Below, in pieces: positions 1 through 13,761 of a stretch of DNA of 64,000 bases. The notes under the pieces were generated by a model. The model saw only the letters and a program-made list of their open reading frames with translations. It did no database searches and had not been told where the DNA came from. Source of the stretch: Rhynchopus sp. YZ270_cl-10 (lineage: Eukaryota); contig OZ037840.1 in NCBI GenBank assembly GCA_964035575.1, positions 1,612,001 through 1,676,000 on the forward strand, given 5' to 3'. Numbering within the stretch: the first letter of the stretch is position 1; every line of letters begins with the position of its first letter. The position numbers and the translations under genes are program-made.

Positions 1-38
1 TTCGGGCGGTTTCAAAAAGGACGGTTCTAGAGGAAAGG
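1..38 (+). other. possible 3' end of a coding exon from a gene entering the window
   Basis: Reads SGGFKKDGSRGK in one frame, followed by a canonical donor G|GTGAGT at 39 and T-rich intron-like sequence. Confidence 0.3.
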
Positions 39-1607
39 GTGAGTTTTGGATTTTTTTTGTTGTTGTTTTTAGATGCATGTTCAGTTGCAACTGTTTTGTT
101 TTTTTTTGGTGAACCAAAATGTACAGCATATTTTGACCGACTTTTTGTTTTTTTGTTGTTTTTGTTTTTCAAAACAGAAACCGAGCGTGGGAGTTTTTTT
201 TTTAAACACTTCTCGACTCAGAGAAAAGAAAAAAAAAACATCTCCCTACCTCTAAATACCCGCGGAGAGTCAGTGCCTGCGTCCCAGAGGCGTTTTGCAT
301 TGTCAACTTTGCATTATTTTTTCTTCTTTGGGATGCTTCAGTATTTTTATACCTATTGTTTCCCTTCCCCTCTTCCACGCCTGAAAAATACCAGAATTTT
401 ATTTCTAATTTGTCAAAACAAATTCCCCTCTTCCCCTCTTCCATGGAAACGGGGTGCCTTTTTGTTTTAAATAAAACGAAATTTATTTCTTTTACTTATT
501 CTAAATCCCCCCCTTCCTCTTCCACGAATAGAAACGAAGGAGTACAATAACAAAAACGTCATCTAGGATTCAAATAACAAGAAGAAGAATCCAACAATAG
601 TTCCATTTTAAAGATGACTAAGCACACGAGGCCTTAGGTTCATCTTTTTAACATTTGTTTTTATTTTTGTATGAATTTGTTATTTTTTTTTTTTTTGCGT
701 CCCTTTTGTTGTGTACTAGAGGCACCTTCATCTTTCAAGCTTTTTTTCTTTTTTTAGATGTGTGTGCACAAGAGACACTCATCAATTGTTTCCCTTTTTT
801 CCCCCTCCATTTTTTTAAAATATTGTGTGCCTGTGTCCGCCGATGCACGGTAAGCCGTTTTGCACTTCTCTTTTCTTGTTTCTTTCAGTCTGGTTTCAAA
901 AAATAGTGGATCACACCCAAGCCTAGGCTATGGTGGCTACACTAATATAACCAAGTTTTCAAAAAAAAAAAAAACCCCCCCAAACTCCCCATTTTGTTCG
1001 TGTAAATTTGTCGTGTTGTGTTTTCTTTCGTTGGCCCTAGTGATTGTGGGATAAAAATCCTGCATACAAAAGAAAATGGGCAGAGAGCTACGTCGCCAGT
1101 GGCGATAGGGATTCAGGGTCTGTGGTAGCACAGCGTTACGCTTCCCGAGCTTCTTCTTCTTTGATTTTTTTTTTTGATGAGGTGTCTAAGCACGTCGAGG
1201 CTTAAGTTCATCTTCTTCCACACCTTTTTTTCCCCCTTCTTTCTGTACCAGAATATTTTGTTTCGGGTTTCAGTGATTCCGTCCGTGGCGACGCTTTTGC
1301 ACTAACCTTCACAATTATTTTTGATTTTTCGTTTTCTTTATTTTATTCCCCCCCCCCCCTTCATTTCCCGTATTTTCTTCCCCTCTTCCCCCTTTTCATG
1401 TATGACTAGCGTGAGGCCGGTGAATCTGAGAATATTATTATATTTGCTCCCCTGTAAATTTGTTTGAAGAAACAAGGGAGGGGCGGCGAAAGGCTCTCAA
1501 AGGGAGTGTTGCGAGATTTCTTTTTATTTTCCCCCCTTTTTCCCCAATAATAAATTCCCTTTTTCTTAGGTTAGACACGAGAGGCCCAGGCTCGTTTTAC
1601 CATTTTT

Positions 1608-1958
1608 TTTAACCAAAAGAAAGCCGACGCAGGAGCTTTTCTTGGAACTGTTTTATTCTCCTCACCCCAACAACAACATCACATTCAGAAAAACACTGTT
1701 TTTTCGTTTTTATTCGCTTTCTTTTCTTCTTCCTCACACTTTGTTACTGTGAAGAAAAATTTTTTCGTTTCCCTCCCTCCCTGGTCGCATACTGCGAGTT
1801 TTCCTGGATGCGCAGGAAAAATGACTGGGGAGTGTTGGTGGCTCCGTGACGCCACAGAGCCGGCACACTTCGTTGAGTGCCTCACAAAACCTAAAAATTA
1901 CTTATTTGCTTTTATCTATTGTCTTCACGCTTTATCGTTGTTGTTGGGGTGGGAAATA
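1608..1958 (+). repeat. ~340-bp dispersed repeat, second copy at ~49527-49868
   Basis: Near-identical sequence (aaccaaaagaaagccgacgcaggagc...gttgttgttggg) at both loci in the same orientation; short degenerate piece near 55615. Confidence 0.85.
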
Positions 1959-4900
1959 AAATTTTTTGAAAGATTTATGTGAGAGTCAGAGAGACACATT
2001 CATCTTCCAGTGAATCAATATTTTTTTGTTTTTTTGCATTTTTTTGTTCCATGTTAGTTCCCCTTGTTATGCGTTGTCCACACACAGCACGTATTAACAG
2101 GCTTCAATGTTGCACGATAAACAATACAGCGGCTCTGTTGTTGTGCATACACAGAGTGCGAACACTGTTCGCAAACGATAATATTATATTTGACTGCGAT
2201 ACGAAAAAAAAAAAAAACATTCCACCATGATTTTTGCTTGAAAATTTGGTGGAGTTTAGTGGTTGGTATTTTAGACCCCAAAACTCCAAAATTTCAGGCC
2301 AAATCACATTGAAAGAAGAACAAAAAAGAAAATAATGAAAAGCTTTTTCGTGGCCTTAGCTGGTGCTTCGTCCTTCAGTACAGCCTTCCTCTTTGCCAGC
2401 ACGGTAAAAATATCATGCGGGCACTGCTCAAATTGCAATCACTATGGAGCCATCTAGAAAGCTGGCTACATCGTGAGACATTAAGGGGTACGAAATTATG
2501 TATGAGTGAAAAATGGAAAAGCTCTGTCAAAAAAAACCCCCCCAAAAAAACACTTTGCTCGAAGTTGTTCCCGACTACTTCTTGTATATACCAACATATT
2601 TTTTTTTCTGCAACGCCCCCTGTACTATCAGTTCCTTTTTTTTTTTTTTTGTTTGATTATGCAGGTCTTTTTTTCTCGTCATTTCTCTTCAGTTTGCTTT
2701 TGTTCATCTGTCCGAGTAATAAAAAAATGCTCAACCCCCGTTAGGTTTCCGTTTCACATCTGTCCATTTTTGGGTGACCAAGCAGAGGCTTAGGACCCCC
2801 CCCAACAATTTATTTTTGAAAGTACCCCCTTTTTAACCTCTTTTCTGGAGTCGGTCCGTGTGGGTGCGTGCCTGCATTCATTGAGGGCTATGCAAATGGG
2901 CTCAGAAAAACGTGTGATGGGATTGCAAGCGTTCGACGTTTCAACCTCTTTCTTCCCCTTTTTTTTTTCCTATTTCGTAATTTTTTCCTCCCCTTTTTAG
3001 AATTGTGGCTGAGAAAGAGGATACGTTGTAATGTCATACAAAGCAACGCACCCCTTCCTCTTAGATGGACTTAACGTCTGCAACACCACTAAATTAGTCT
3101 ACTCAAAACAAAATAACTTTTCTTACAACCCCCTTCCCCAGTCTTTTTAGAATCAACAGAATCTCTGGTGATTTTTCTTTCGTGATGTATTTCTTCACAT
3201 CTTCTGGTGTCGGTCGGTCTGGTGGGGGTGTACTGCATTTCGTTGAACACAAAAAGTGCTTCATCCAAGCCTTACCCCCTTCAGTCCGTCTGCATGAAGT
3301 ACCCTCTGGTAACCATTTTGTTTTGTGCTTTCATCCGGATGGCTGGCATCGGTCAGTCATTAATAACTTCACTTTTTTATTCACGGTGAATAAAGCACAG
3401 TGGGGCTTTTGAATGATCCCCTGCTTTTTACATTTTTTTTTTGTTCTCCTTTTTGTTTTTCTTTGGCTGTGACAACGCCGTTTCCCCCCCGCATTTTGGC
3501 TTGGTATTCAGCATATTAGGTAAATAAAATGGTGCGCGTTTATTTTTCTGCACGATAACGAATGTGATCCAGGTGACTAAGCACGAGGCTTAGGTTCATC
3601 TTATAAATTTTTCTTTTTTTTATTTTTATTTTTTTGTGAAAAGCTTCATGAGATTTCTGCCTTGATTAGGAGACAAATTTGAAAGATGTGTTCTCCGCAT
3701 AAAAGGTTTCTTAGCTTCTTTTCATTTTAAAAAATAGTACTTTTTTTGTTTATCATTTTCTTTCTCTCGTTTTAACGTTTTGTTTCTTGAGCTTCACAAA
3801 ACAAAATCAAAACAAACATCAAAGAAACGACATTTTCTTTTTAGCGTGCACGACGCTCAGTATTTTTTTTTTGGACAAAGTGCGCAAGAAGTACGCAATA
3901 TGGGGTCGTCAGGTACCACGCCATTTTTTTTTTTGTGGGAGAAAGGTACTCAAGACCGGCTAGCCCACACAGAACAACACGTGCCGCCAGGGCTAGTAAC
4001 AAGTAAAAAAAAAGGGAGGATTTTCTCCCAACAGCGTGTCCAACAAACCTCACTTATTTTAAAGGCTCTTCAAATGTGTGTATGTCGTGTGCTCCTGTGT
4101 AACGTTTTTTTTTTGAAAATTTATTTCGTCTTACCAAAACAGTCATCGTCGAGAGCCCTTCTTTCTATGCAAAAGATGTGCGCCCCGGGTGGACTCAATA
4201 AATTCGAATAAATTTGAGAATTTCTTCTTTTTTTTTTTTTGTAAATGCCTGCATCCAGTATCATGGGTGTCTTCGTTTTAACGCACACCACTTTTTTTGA
4301 GCGGAAAGTGTCACCGTCGTTCAACCCAACCTTCCTCCACAAGACCACCCCAACAGGTGAAGAGATTAGTGTGTGTGGAAGCGTCAACGCATCACGTATT
4401 ACGTTCCACATGGCGTAGTAGATTTTTTTTTTTACGTGAATAAATTTGCTATTTTCCCTTCGGGAAGTCCTTACTTATTTTCATGAACAGGTCGGCTTGT
4501 AAGCCCTGTCATTTTATCAAACCCACTTTTAGTGTTTCCTTTTAACCAAAGCGCAACACTCCGGGGGTTCGATAACCCACGGAGTGTCAGTGTCTGCATC
4601 CCCGAGGCGTTTTGCACTCTCTTTTTATCAAACCCACTTTTTAAAAAAAAAAAAAAGAAAAGTGTATCCGCATGTATCCTTTCCTTTTTCAAAACCTTCC
4701 TCCTGCCCCTCATTTCGCCGTTTCATTTGGTTTTAACTTTCTAATAAAATGATGAAAGCATACGAAACCAAGAAATACGAGAAAAAAATGCGGATTTTGT
4801 TGTTTTTCACGTTCCTGCATCCACTACGAGATGTTTGCACGTTTTTCTATTCAACCCTTTTTTTTTTTTGGATTTCCTATAATATTATTTTTAAAAGCAA

Positions 4901-7900
4901 TTAGAAAAAAAAAGAGAGAAACTGTGGCAATGCAACCGACTACACCGCTCCAATAATTTATCCAAAAAAAAAAAATTCTTTTCAACCCTCCCTCCCCTGC
5001 ATACTGCTCTTCTATGATAGGCGACCTAAGCAGCACAGTGAGGCTTAGGTTCATCTTACCCTTTTTTTTGTTTTTTTTTTCTTTCAAGATTTTGTTTCCG
5101 TTTATTTTAGGTTTCTTTCTCCGCCCCCTGATCCCCCTGGTAACTCCCTCTTGGGAGTTACCAGGGAGGTTTTTTTTGTAACAACTGCCTTGCAAAGGTT
5201 GTAGGGGAGGAAATGAAAACGTATCTGAATGTGCCCGAATTTTTGGTGAGAGCGACACAACACGACACAAATTATTCACAGAAATTTTTTTTGATTTTGT
5301 CCCTACACTCTCCACAAAAATCCGGTACGATCAACAAAAAATTCTTTTTCTGATTTCGTTTCTTTCTTTATCAGACTAGCTAAAAATCAGATATCAGTTT
5401 TTATTTTGATTATTGTACCTGCGGTCCCGGAAAGTGTTGGTACTATCAACTTCTGGTACCCCAGAAATCCAAGTACGCAAGAAGTACGCAATATAGGGTC
5501 GTCAGGAGCACCAAACTTCACTTTATTCTTGCTTGCTGGATGATCAAAAGGTGAAGCGTTTTTAGGCTCATCTCAAACCTTTTTATCAAGATCAAGATGC
5601 AAACCACGAAATGGATTGTAGGACTGGTTGGGTGTCCCACCCCGGGTACACCCAAGGTACTGTTCACGAGAGGGCTTTGTATTTCAAGTCAACTTTTTTG
5701 TGCTTTTTTCTGTTCTCCTTTGAAAAGCAGAGAAATATTGTTGTTTTTGAGAGGAGTTTTTTTCAACAGTCTCCAAACCTGTCGCAGGAATGAACACAGT
5801 TCTTTGTACGACTAGGTGAGGATGCATCTGGGGTTATAATAACTTATTCCCCAAAATAAAAAAAAATAATAAATAAAAGCGACTTTCCAGAGTTGAGGAC
5901 GACCTCCGTCTATATCTTTTAAGTACAATAGCCTTCGGGCGACATTGAGTACAGATCCTGCACTAGCAGGTGATTGTCGACACAACAAAAAATTGCGACG
6001 ACCATAACCCGTAATTGCAAGCCTATACCGACAAATATACTTTTTGTCCAAAAATAGATTTTTCATCAAAAAATGTAACAAAATAATGCTATAAAAACGC
6101 CTCTTTCCCCACACATTTCGTCAAAATTCCCCGTCAGTTCGGGGTTAGCTGCAGTAGCTTTCCCGGAAGGGGGGTATTTGTTGTTTCTCCTAAAAAAAAT
6201 AATTGTGGGGGTGAAAGTGAGGATTGCATCAATGCAAAACAAGAACGATAAAAAAGAGACACAAAACTATACTTTTTTTCGCGCCAACTACAGATTTTCA
6301 CTGTCTTTGGATTTGTCACCCTCGAAATGGATGTGGGACTGCATGGTTGGGGTCCACCCCGTACACCCGGTCATGTACCCCAAGGTACATCTGTCACGAG
6401 AGGGCTTTGTATTTCAAGTCAACTTTATTTGGCTGCGTTTTTCAATGAAAAAAGGCAGCTTTTTTTTTGTCTTTATCGATGACTAAGTTTTCCGAGAAGG
6501 TGGCGAGACATTGAAAAAGGCTCAAGATCATCTTATCAAACTTTTACTCTTTTTTTTTCTTTTTGTGATTTTCGAATAGAAACGACTGACGGTGCCCGCA
6601 AAGCTTTTGTTTACCCTTTTTTCTTTCAAACCAACACCATACTTCAGTGGAAAAAAAAATCACAACGGCTTTTGCGGTGCGATAAAAAAACCCTTTCTTT
6701 ATTTCTTTCTTAAAAAAAAGCAAAGGTACATTTGTCGCACCCTCTTTGCTTTCTTTTCGTTTCGTTTAAGAAAAGAAAGTATATGAAATTATTTCTTTCT
6801 TTTGTGCTTTCCGGATGGCATCGTACGCGGGTCAGCCGGAGGGTGTGTCTTCATTTCTTGCTTTCAACCTCACTCGTGGTAACCGTGTGTACCAATGAAG
6901 TTCTCTCTGGGGGGTTCGATGACCCGCGGAGAATGCTTGCGTCAAGCCGATGAACGGTGAGGCGTTATGCACTTTCAACTTTTCTTTCTTTTCTGATTCA
7001 TTCTTATAGCCAAGAGTCAAAATTTCTTTTGTATTTTTTTTTAGGTGGCTAAACACGAGAGGCTTAGGTTCATAAACCTTTCTTTTTTTTGATAAATTGT
7101 TGGAGTAGTGTAGTTGCCTCGGTTGTGTTGCCACAGTTTGTGCAATCTCCACTGTCCAAAAGTTCACTCACGAAAAGGCCTCAGATCTGGTGCCTTTCTT
7201 TTCAGAATCCAGCTGGTCGTATCTATGACGTTTTTTTTGTGATAACGCATGATTCCATATAATATTCCACAAAAAAACCCGATGTGACAGCGTACCTTTT
7301 CTCCCTTTCTCCTCTTCCCCCTTCACTTCCCCCTCCACAAAATAGTTGTGAACACAGACATACTCTCTCTCTCTTTTTCTGTAAAGGTGACTAAGTGCGC
7401 GAAGCTTAGAAACACTCTGCAAGATAACATTCTTTTTTGTTCTTGTGCATTCACCCGGATGGCTGCAATACGTACCATGGGTCAGTGGGCCCTCCGGGAG
7501 GTACCAGCATTAACAAACTATTCTTTTCCCCCCCTCTGACTGCCTCAAAAAAAGTACATCTCCTCTCCATCCCCTTACCTCTTCCAATTATTGTGTTTTG
7601 GAAAAAAGATATGGATCAGAAAAATTGGTCTAAAAAAACCCCCCCAAAAAGGTCCATATTTTTACAGTGCATATTTTTTTTTTTTTCCAAAACACGGTAA
7701 TATTTTTGCCCCCCTGAACGAAAAGTTTTTAACTCAGCATTTTTTTTTAGGAATATCAATCAGGGCAGCCCTCATAGGTGCGCGCCGCGAAGTGCGCGTG
7801 CCCAGAGGTGTGAGTGAGAGTCACAACTGGTGTTTTAATATTCCCATCATTGCAAAAGAGCCTCGGGAAAGGCCTCCTTGGCTTGCGGGTGGGTGTCTGT

Positions 7901-8324
7901 ACTTCCCCTTTGCCTACTAGACGAATAATAGGCCGGCACCCTAGCGGTAGTAGTGGCTCATTAGGGATCGGGTGTGTACCTCCACATACACACCTTCGCT
8001 TTCCCACGGGTCAACCACTCACGCAGCACTTTTTTTTTTTACCCGCCAAACCTTCAGGGTTTCTGGAGGCAATGCCACGAAACCCCTCCCCCCCCAGATT
8101 CAGTTTCAGGACCTGGTGACCTTTTTTTCCCTTTTTCTTTTTTTCGAAAATTCGTTTCCCCCCTAAGAACTGGTGGGTCGAGTCTTATCCAACGTCTTTC
8201 CCCTCCCCCTCCCCCATTTCTCTTTAATATCTCTAAGCTTCCTTATTTTAACCCCCCTTTTCCCCTTCACTTCCTACACAGAGACTCCTTTCCCCCTTTC
8301 ATCCCCTCCACCTCTTTTCTCCCA

Positions 8325-9380
8325 ATGCGTTCGCAGCTCATGATTGCCGCAGTTCTTATTGGGTCAGCGCTGTCCTGCCAGCTGACAATCAACAAATGTG
8401 GTGCAGGGTTGACCTGCTGTTTGAACGCCCCAAATGGATTGGGGGATTGCTACAATGAAACGGTCCAGACCTGTGCAAGCTGTGGCCAGCGCTTGGTGCA
8501 CCCATGCCCTTTGGAGGCTCCGAACTGTTGCATTCCTCCGAACTGGGAGGTGGCTCCGCACAAATTTGAAAACTGCTACCCAGACAGCCAGAAGTGTTGC
8601 AATGCCAGCGGCCTGCCCGCTGCCATGACTGACATCTGTATCGGCTCCTGCGGGGTCACCTCCGACCCATTTGAGCACTGCTGCGAACGCCACCTCCCAA
8701 ACAGCGTCATCACCATCCACTCCACCTACGACAACAGAACGCACTGCTGTGCATTGACCAGCCACAACGCGTCGGCATGCGACCTTTCCCTTGAAACCTG
8801 CACCGACTGCGGCTGCATCGCCCACAACGACCACGAAACCAAATGCTGTGGGGAGCACAAATACAACACCTCGGCAACACAGTGCTGCGAAGGCGGCCAA
8901 ATGTGTTCCATGGGGACCGTCTGCTCTAGCTGTGGTTGCCTGACAGAGCCAGAGTCCTCATGTTGCCAGGGACGTCCGTTCAACCCAAAGATGCAAACGT
9001 GCTGTTCGGATGGCCATACCATACCTGCAGTGTGTCCAGTATGGGAGAAATGTTCTGCATGTGGCTGTCTCAGCGACCCGACCCTGCAGTGCTGCGGTTC
9101 TCAGCAGTACAACGCCACCAAGGAAACCTGCTGCCACACCGAAACCGGTGTGGAGGTGTGCTGGGGCGCGCAGCAGTGTGTCCCGTACGGTCCAGCCCCG
9201 ACCCCCACAAAGTACGGGCTCTGCTGCCTGCCCACCGAGGAGGTGTGCTACAGAGAGACACCGCGCGAGCCGGCACACTGCTTCGACCCTGCTGAGTATG
9301 TGTGTTGCGAAGGTGTGAAGTGTGGGGCGGACAAAGGGTGCTGCAAGGATGCGCAGGGAAACCCAGTGTGCTGCCAGTAA
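8325..9380 (+). CDS. secreted cysteine-rich di-Cys repeat protein (galaxin-like), divergent copy 1, 351 aa
   Basis: ATG at 8325 (MRSQLMIAAVLIGSALS signal peptide); repeats such as CCGEHKYNTSATQCC and CSxCGC; many N-x-S/T sequons; homologous to the downstream array (CIGSCGVTSDPF). Confidence 0.85.
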   Translation: MRSQLMIAAVLIGSALSCQLTINKCGAGLTCCLNAPNGLGDCYNETVQTCASCGQRLVHPCPLEAPNCCIPPNWEVAPHKFENCYPDSQKCCNASGLPAAMTDICIGSCGVTSDPFEHCCERHLPNSVITIHSTYDNRTHCCALTSHNASACDLSLETCTDCGCIAHNDHETKCCGEHKYNTSATQCCEGGQMCSMGTVCSSCGCLTEPESSCCQGRPFNPKMQTCCSDGHTIPAVCPVWEKCSACGCLSDPTLQCCGSQQYNATKETCCHTETGVEVCWGAQQCVPYGPAPTPTKYGLCCLPTEEVCYRETPREPAHCFDPAEYVCCEGVKCGADKGCCKDAQGNPVCCQ

Positions 9381-9683
9381 AGATTTTTGGTGGATTTTGT
9401 TTTTTGGGTGAAAGTCAAATGTATACACATATACACAGGGTTATAGTCAGATCTATACACTCATTGTATATACAATTGTCAATTGTACATACAATTGTAT
9501 AGAAATTGTATAGATCTGACTATTTGATGTACAATCCCAACTTTTTTTTAGTCAGATCTATACAATTTATGTACAATCCCAGTATACACTAGGTCGTACA
9601 CAAATTGTATAGATTTGACTATACAAAAGTCAGATCTATACAATTTTTGGATTGTACACTCGAGGGAGATTGTACACGCCATA

Positions 9684-9819
9684 CCCAGGTACCCAGGTAC
9701 CCAGGTACCCAGGTACCCAGGTACCCAGGTACCCAGGTACCCAGGTACCCAGGTACCCAGGTACCCAGGTACCCAGGTACCCAGGTACCCAGGTACCCAG
9801 GTACCCAGGTACCCAGGTA
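9684..9819 (+). repeat. (CCCAGGTA)n tandem array, ~17 copies
   Basis: Perfect 8-mer array. Confidence 0.95.
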
Positions 9820-11049
9820 CACGGTACACTGGATACAAGGATAAAGGTCGTGAAAGAGCAACCACAGCCAACCCGCCAGTCACTGAAAAGTGACCAGACA
9901 GTCCACTTGACAAACACAAAAGTGTCCGTCGCGTGGGGCATTCATGCACTGAGGAGATAATGATCCAACAATTCACAAGAAAACATTACTTAACCTACTG
10001 CTGGAAATTGCCAGGTCGTAGTAACACACAAAGTGTGCCTCCGTTCGGGAATATCGGAGTTATAGAGTCCTAAAAGGCCTCTGCCGCTAGTCAAGGTATA
10101 ACCGAATGAACGGCCCAAGACCCCCGTGGAGAAGTTAAATGTTGTAATGATTTCAAGTAAAATGCGAGCACTGTCTTACCCTCCTCAATGCATGGTGGAA
10201 GATGTCTTTCACAACAAATATCCTGTACCCAGGTACCCAAATTCCCAAACCCACGCAGTGGCACATGACCGGAAGTGTGAGTGACCCACACATGAGGGAA
10301 TGCGACACTACGCAAAATTTACCACCAGACCCTGTCTTCGTGCACCTGAAGTACAACGCCGCAGACAGGCCAAACATGCGTTGGACTCAGAGGAATGCCC
10401 GCTGTGCAGGTATCAAACATGAGAACAACTCCCAGCAACAAGGGGCGCCTTTTGGCGGGCGTTGTTGAGGGTGTTTGGGGTGCAAAGTTTTCCACAATTT
10501 TGATGCGCGGGTACAGAAGTGTTGTCTCGTTCTTTCATCTCTAGGAATGTAAATGTCAATCGCGTTTAACTACCACGAGGGCTTGTTCAGTGAACCCACA
10601 AGGGGTCGAAGGGGGTTGGTTATCCCATATCTATCAAAGGTTGTGTCGACCAGGCGAATCCACTATGTTACGCTGTACGTTGTTAAATCCGAAGAAATAA
10701 CACTTTAGCAGCCGCAGGAAGTAAGTAGTGCCTCACGCTACACAAACCACCACCCACGATTGACTTAGATGTTATAACAAAGAGAATTCAGAACAAAACA
10801 ACACCCTGCCCCATACACACTAAATTGTCATGCTTCAAGAGCATGCCTGGGCCAAAATTACTATGACGAAAAGGCAACAAGACCACCCACAAGGAGTGTG
10901 AAATGTGCGCTGGTTTTCTGGGGGAACGCAATATTTTCTTGTGTCTAGTCCTCCGCAAGCAGAGGACAGACTTTCCGGAAGCTTTCCAAAGTCGAATTTC
11001 TTGCACTAGCTATGCTCCCTGGGTTAAATGGCAATAGCAGTGACTGACT
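9820..11049 (+). repeat. ~1.2-kb dispersed 'core X' repeat, copy 1
   Basis: High similarity to ~40048-41335 (+), ~42345-42740 (+, partial), ~49975-51262 (-) and ~56395-57665 (-); no intact ORF. Confidence 0.9.
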
Positions 11050-12365
11050 TCTGAGAAAAATCGGGTGTGCGAAACCCAATTTCCATTTTTTGTGTATAGT
11101 CCTGTAGGGGTGGGTGTGTGTGGGTAGGTGGGTAGGTGGGTGGTACTCTAAACTGTTTTCCACTATGGGTAGGGATTTGTGTACGACCTAGTGTATACTG
11201 GGATTGTACATAAATTGTATAGATCTGACTATAAAAAAGGTTGGGATTGTACATCAAATAGTCAGATCTATACAATTTCTATACAATTGTATGTACAATT
11301 GACAATTGTATATACAATGAGTGTATAGATCTGACTATAACCCTGTGTATATGTGTATACATTTGACTTTCACCCTTGTTTTTTTTTCTATTCATTTCAT
11401 GTTCACACAGTTTGAACTATTTTTTTTAAAGTTCCTTCAGCCTTCCCGCCCGTGTTCCCCATATTCTGTGTTCGGGTTTGCACTGCTGGGTTTGTTTTGG
11501 TTTTGTTTATAATAGTGAATCACATCCTCGGATGTCACCTCTTAAGCAAATCAATAAACGCATTCAGGACAGCACCCGCTTCTGTTCTTTCAAATTTTCT
11601 TTAATTTTCAATATGTGTCTACAAGTGCGCGATTCATATTCGCCAATTGAGAATCTGAGGTTTCATGTTACCAAACTTTTCTCTTTTCAACATTTTTCAA
11701 CAATTTTAATGCATTTTCTTCTTGAGTTTACAGCAACTTTACATTTTATTGGCGTGGATTAAAGTGATCCGTGCCAACTTGCGTGGGACTTTACCAACTG
11801 AGTCAGGCGGGGCCAGAACACCTGCATCAGTTTGTTAAGCTGGAATAGGCTGTTGCCTAGTGGGTCAGTCAGAGGTACCTGCGTCAACAACCATTCCTTT
11901 TTCCCCCGCCTGTGTCATCTCCCCACCCTTGCACCCCGCCTCGTTGCCTCGCTCTCTGATCATCTTCGTGTGCTATGTTCCCTTCTCTTCCTCCACCCCC
12001 CTTTTCTGGGAACGCGTATTCCCGAGAGGGGAAAATGAAATGAAAAAAAGGTTTAACTTTTCCACCTGCGACAGTTTTTATTCCTTCGTTGAACAGCTGC
12101 TGGGTGGAGCTTCTCCTCCGACAGTGTCCTGTGAATCGATCAGGGAAGTTTGGCACAAATTTCCACATTATCTGGCCCTTAGCATCCTTAGGAGGGTTGT
12201 AGCTTGAGCGGATCCTCGCGTGTTCACAGAACGGAAGAAGCTGGCGCGCTTTTCGAAATGCAGTGTGACATTGCAATCCTCCCACAGGATGTATACTGCA
12301 CGATGCCATAGCAGACATTTTCCACAATCACCTTTTCAGAATTATTATTTTAAAAAAACACAAAA

Positions 12366-13106
12366 ATGAAGCTTTCTCTTTTGCTATTTTTGTCATACGT
12401 CACAGCTACTGTGGGGTCCCCCTGTGGGTTTGACGACTGCCATGCTGGCCAGAGCTGCTGTGCAGGCGAAATGTGCTACAACGCAGCGATCGACGTCTGC
12501 GCCACCTGCCTGGAGGGTGTGTATCCGTGCCCTATTAAGCAGCCAAACTGCTGTGTGCGTGACTCAGAGATTATCTCGTCACACAAATGCTATGGTGAAG
12601 GTCAGAAGTGCTGCACCGAGACTGGGGTTGTTGCGAACAACACCGATTTCTGCATCGGACAGTGCGGGAAGACCTCGGACCCTTTCACAAAGTGCTGCGG
12701 GCACACAACGTATGTCAACACAACACAGTGCTGCTCTGGGTCCGGCCAGCCCTGCAAGCTGGAGACTGACATCTGCGACACCTGCGGATGCACTTCGAAG
12801 ACCGACACTCAGACAGGGTGCTGTGGGGCGAGGAGGTACACAAAGGCGACTGAGCAGTGCTGTGGACACGACCTCGTATGTGCGCATGGCCTGCAATGCT
12901 CTGGGTGTGGGTGTCTCGGCTCGGGGATGAAGTGCTGTGGGACAAAGCAGTACAACGCCACAGCAGGGCAGTCCTGCTGCGAAGGGACCTATCTCCCAGC
13001 GCCGCCCATCGTGTGTTCCGCAACAGAGACGTGCGAGAAGCAGACGGTACCAGGGGGGGGAATGACCTTTCCCGTCTGCTGCCCGAATGGGAAGACCTGC
13101 CAGTAG
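12366..13106 (+). CDS. secreted cysteine-rich di-Cys repeat protein, copy 2, 246 aa
   Basis: Signal peptide MKLSLLLFLSYVTATVG; shares CYGEGQKCC, CGKTSDPFTKCC and MKCCGTKQYN with the array. Confidence 0.9.
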   Translation: MKLSLLLFLSYVTATVGSPCGFDDCHAGQSCCAGEMCYNAAIDVCATCLEGVYPCPIKQPNCCVRDSEIISSHKCYGEGQKCCTETGVVANNTDFCIGQCGKTSDPFTKCCGHTTYVNTTQCCSGSGQPCKLETDICDTCGCTSKTDTQTGCCGARRYTKATEQCCGHDLVCAHGLQCSGCGCLGSGMKCCGTKQYNATAGQSCCEGTYLPAPPIVCSATETCEKQTVPGGGMTFPVCCPNGKTCQ

Positions 13107-13298
13107 CGGGGTGAAAGGGCCTGTAAGGGAAGTCTTCTTGTGGTTGTCTACAATCTACAGATACCTGATGAAAGTGTTTTGATGATGTTATAGGGGGACT
13201 GTTGCCATGTTGCGACGTCCTTTGAGAAACAATGTGTTCGCCCTTTTTTTTTTGTACAATTTCTATCTTTTCAATGTGACCATTTGGCTCTTCTCATA

Positions 13299-13397
13299 CA
13301 CGGTGGAGTCCGCCCAAAATGGGTGCACCCTTTTGGGCAGACTCTTTAGGCGGAGGGCCGCCTCAAGAATCCGCCCATTTTGGGCGACTCCACCGTG
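13299..13397. mobile_element. palindromic MITE with CACG termini and TA flanks
   Basis: ta|cacggtggagtccgcccaaaatggg ... cccattttgggcgactccaccgtg|ta. Confidence 0.75.
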
Positions 13398-13458
13398 TAT
13401 GATTTGCCCTTCGTAAACAACTTATTCCCAAAGCGTTTTCCAAACTCCCTCCCCCCCA

Positions 13459-13761
13459 GCACAGTAGAGAATAATCCGGGTTCTCGGTCCTGGGTCCTGG
13501 GTCCTGGGTCCTGGGTCCTGGGTCCTGGGTCCTGGGTCCTGGGTCCTGGGTCCTGGGTCCTGGGTCCTGGGTCCTGGGTCCTGGGTCCTGGGTCCTGGGT
13601 CCTGGGTCCTGGGTCCTGGGTCCTGGGTCCTGGGTCCTGGGTCCTGGGTCCTGGGTCCAAGCCAGGTCAATTCCCGGTTCTGGTCCCGGTCCAGGTCCCA
13701 GTCCGGCTGAGAATAACCGGATCCCCGGTCCCGGGTCCCCGAGTCTTATTCTCTGCTGTGC
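13459..13761. mobile_element. TIR element containing a (TCCTGGG)n array
   Basis: Imperfect TIR gcacagtagagaataa / ttattctctgctgtgc; ~24 perfect TCCTGGG units at 13488-13655; no clear TSD. Confidence 0.7.

Larger units (their letters stand above)
9406..11375. mobile_element. non-autonomous Mutator/MULE-like TIR element carrying cargo
   Basis: ~200-bp TIRs (gggtgaaagtcaaatgtatacac... / ...gtgtatacatttgactttcaccc) flanked by the 9-bp direct repeat ttgtttttt (9397-9405, 11376-11384). Confidence 0.85.

Noticed and set aside
7974..8324. N-terminal extensions in the ORF track (also at 16157, 19846, 21660, 24004, 26357, 29858, 32138)
   Set aside because: They use non-ATG or upstream starts in pyrimidine-rich leader DNA; the signal peptides and paralog alignment point to the downstream ATGs.
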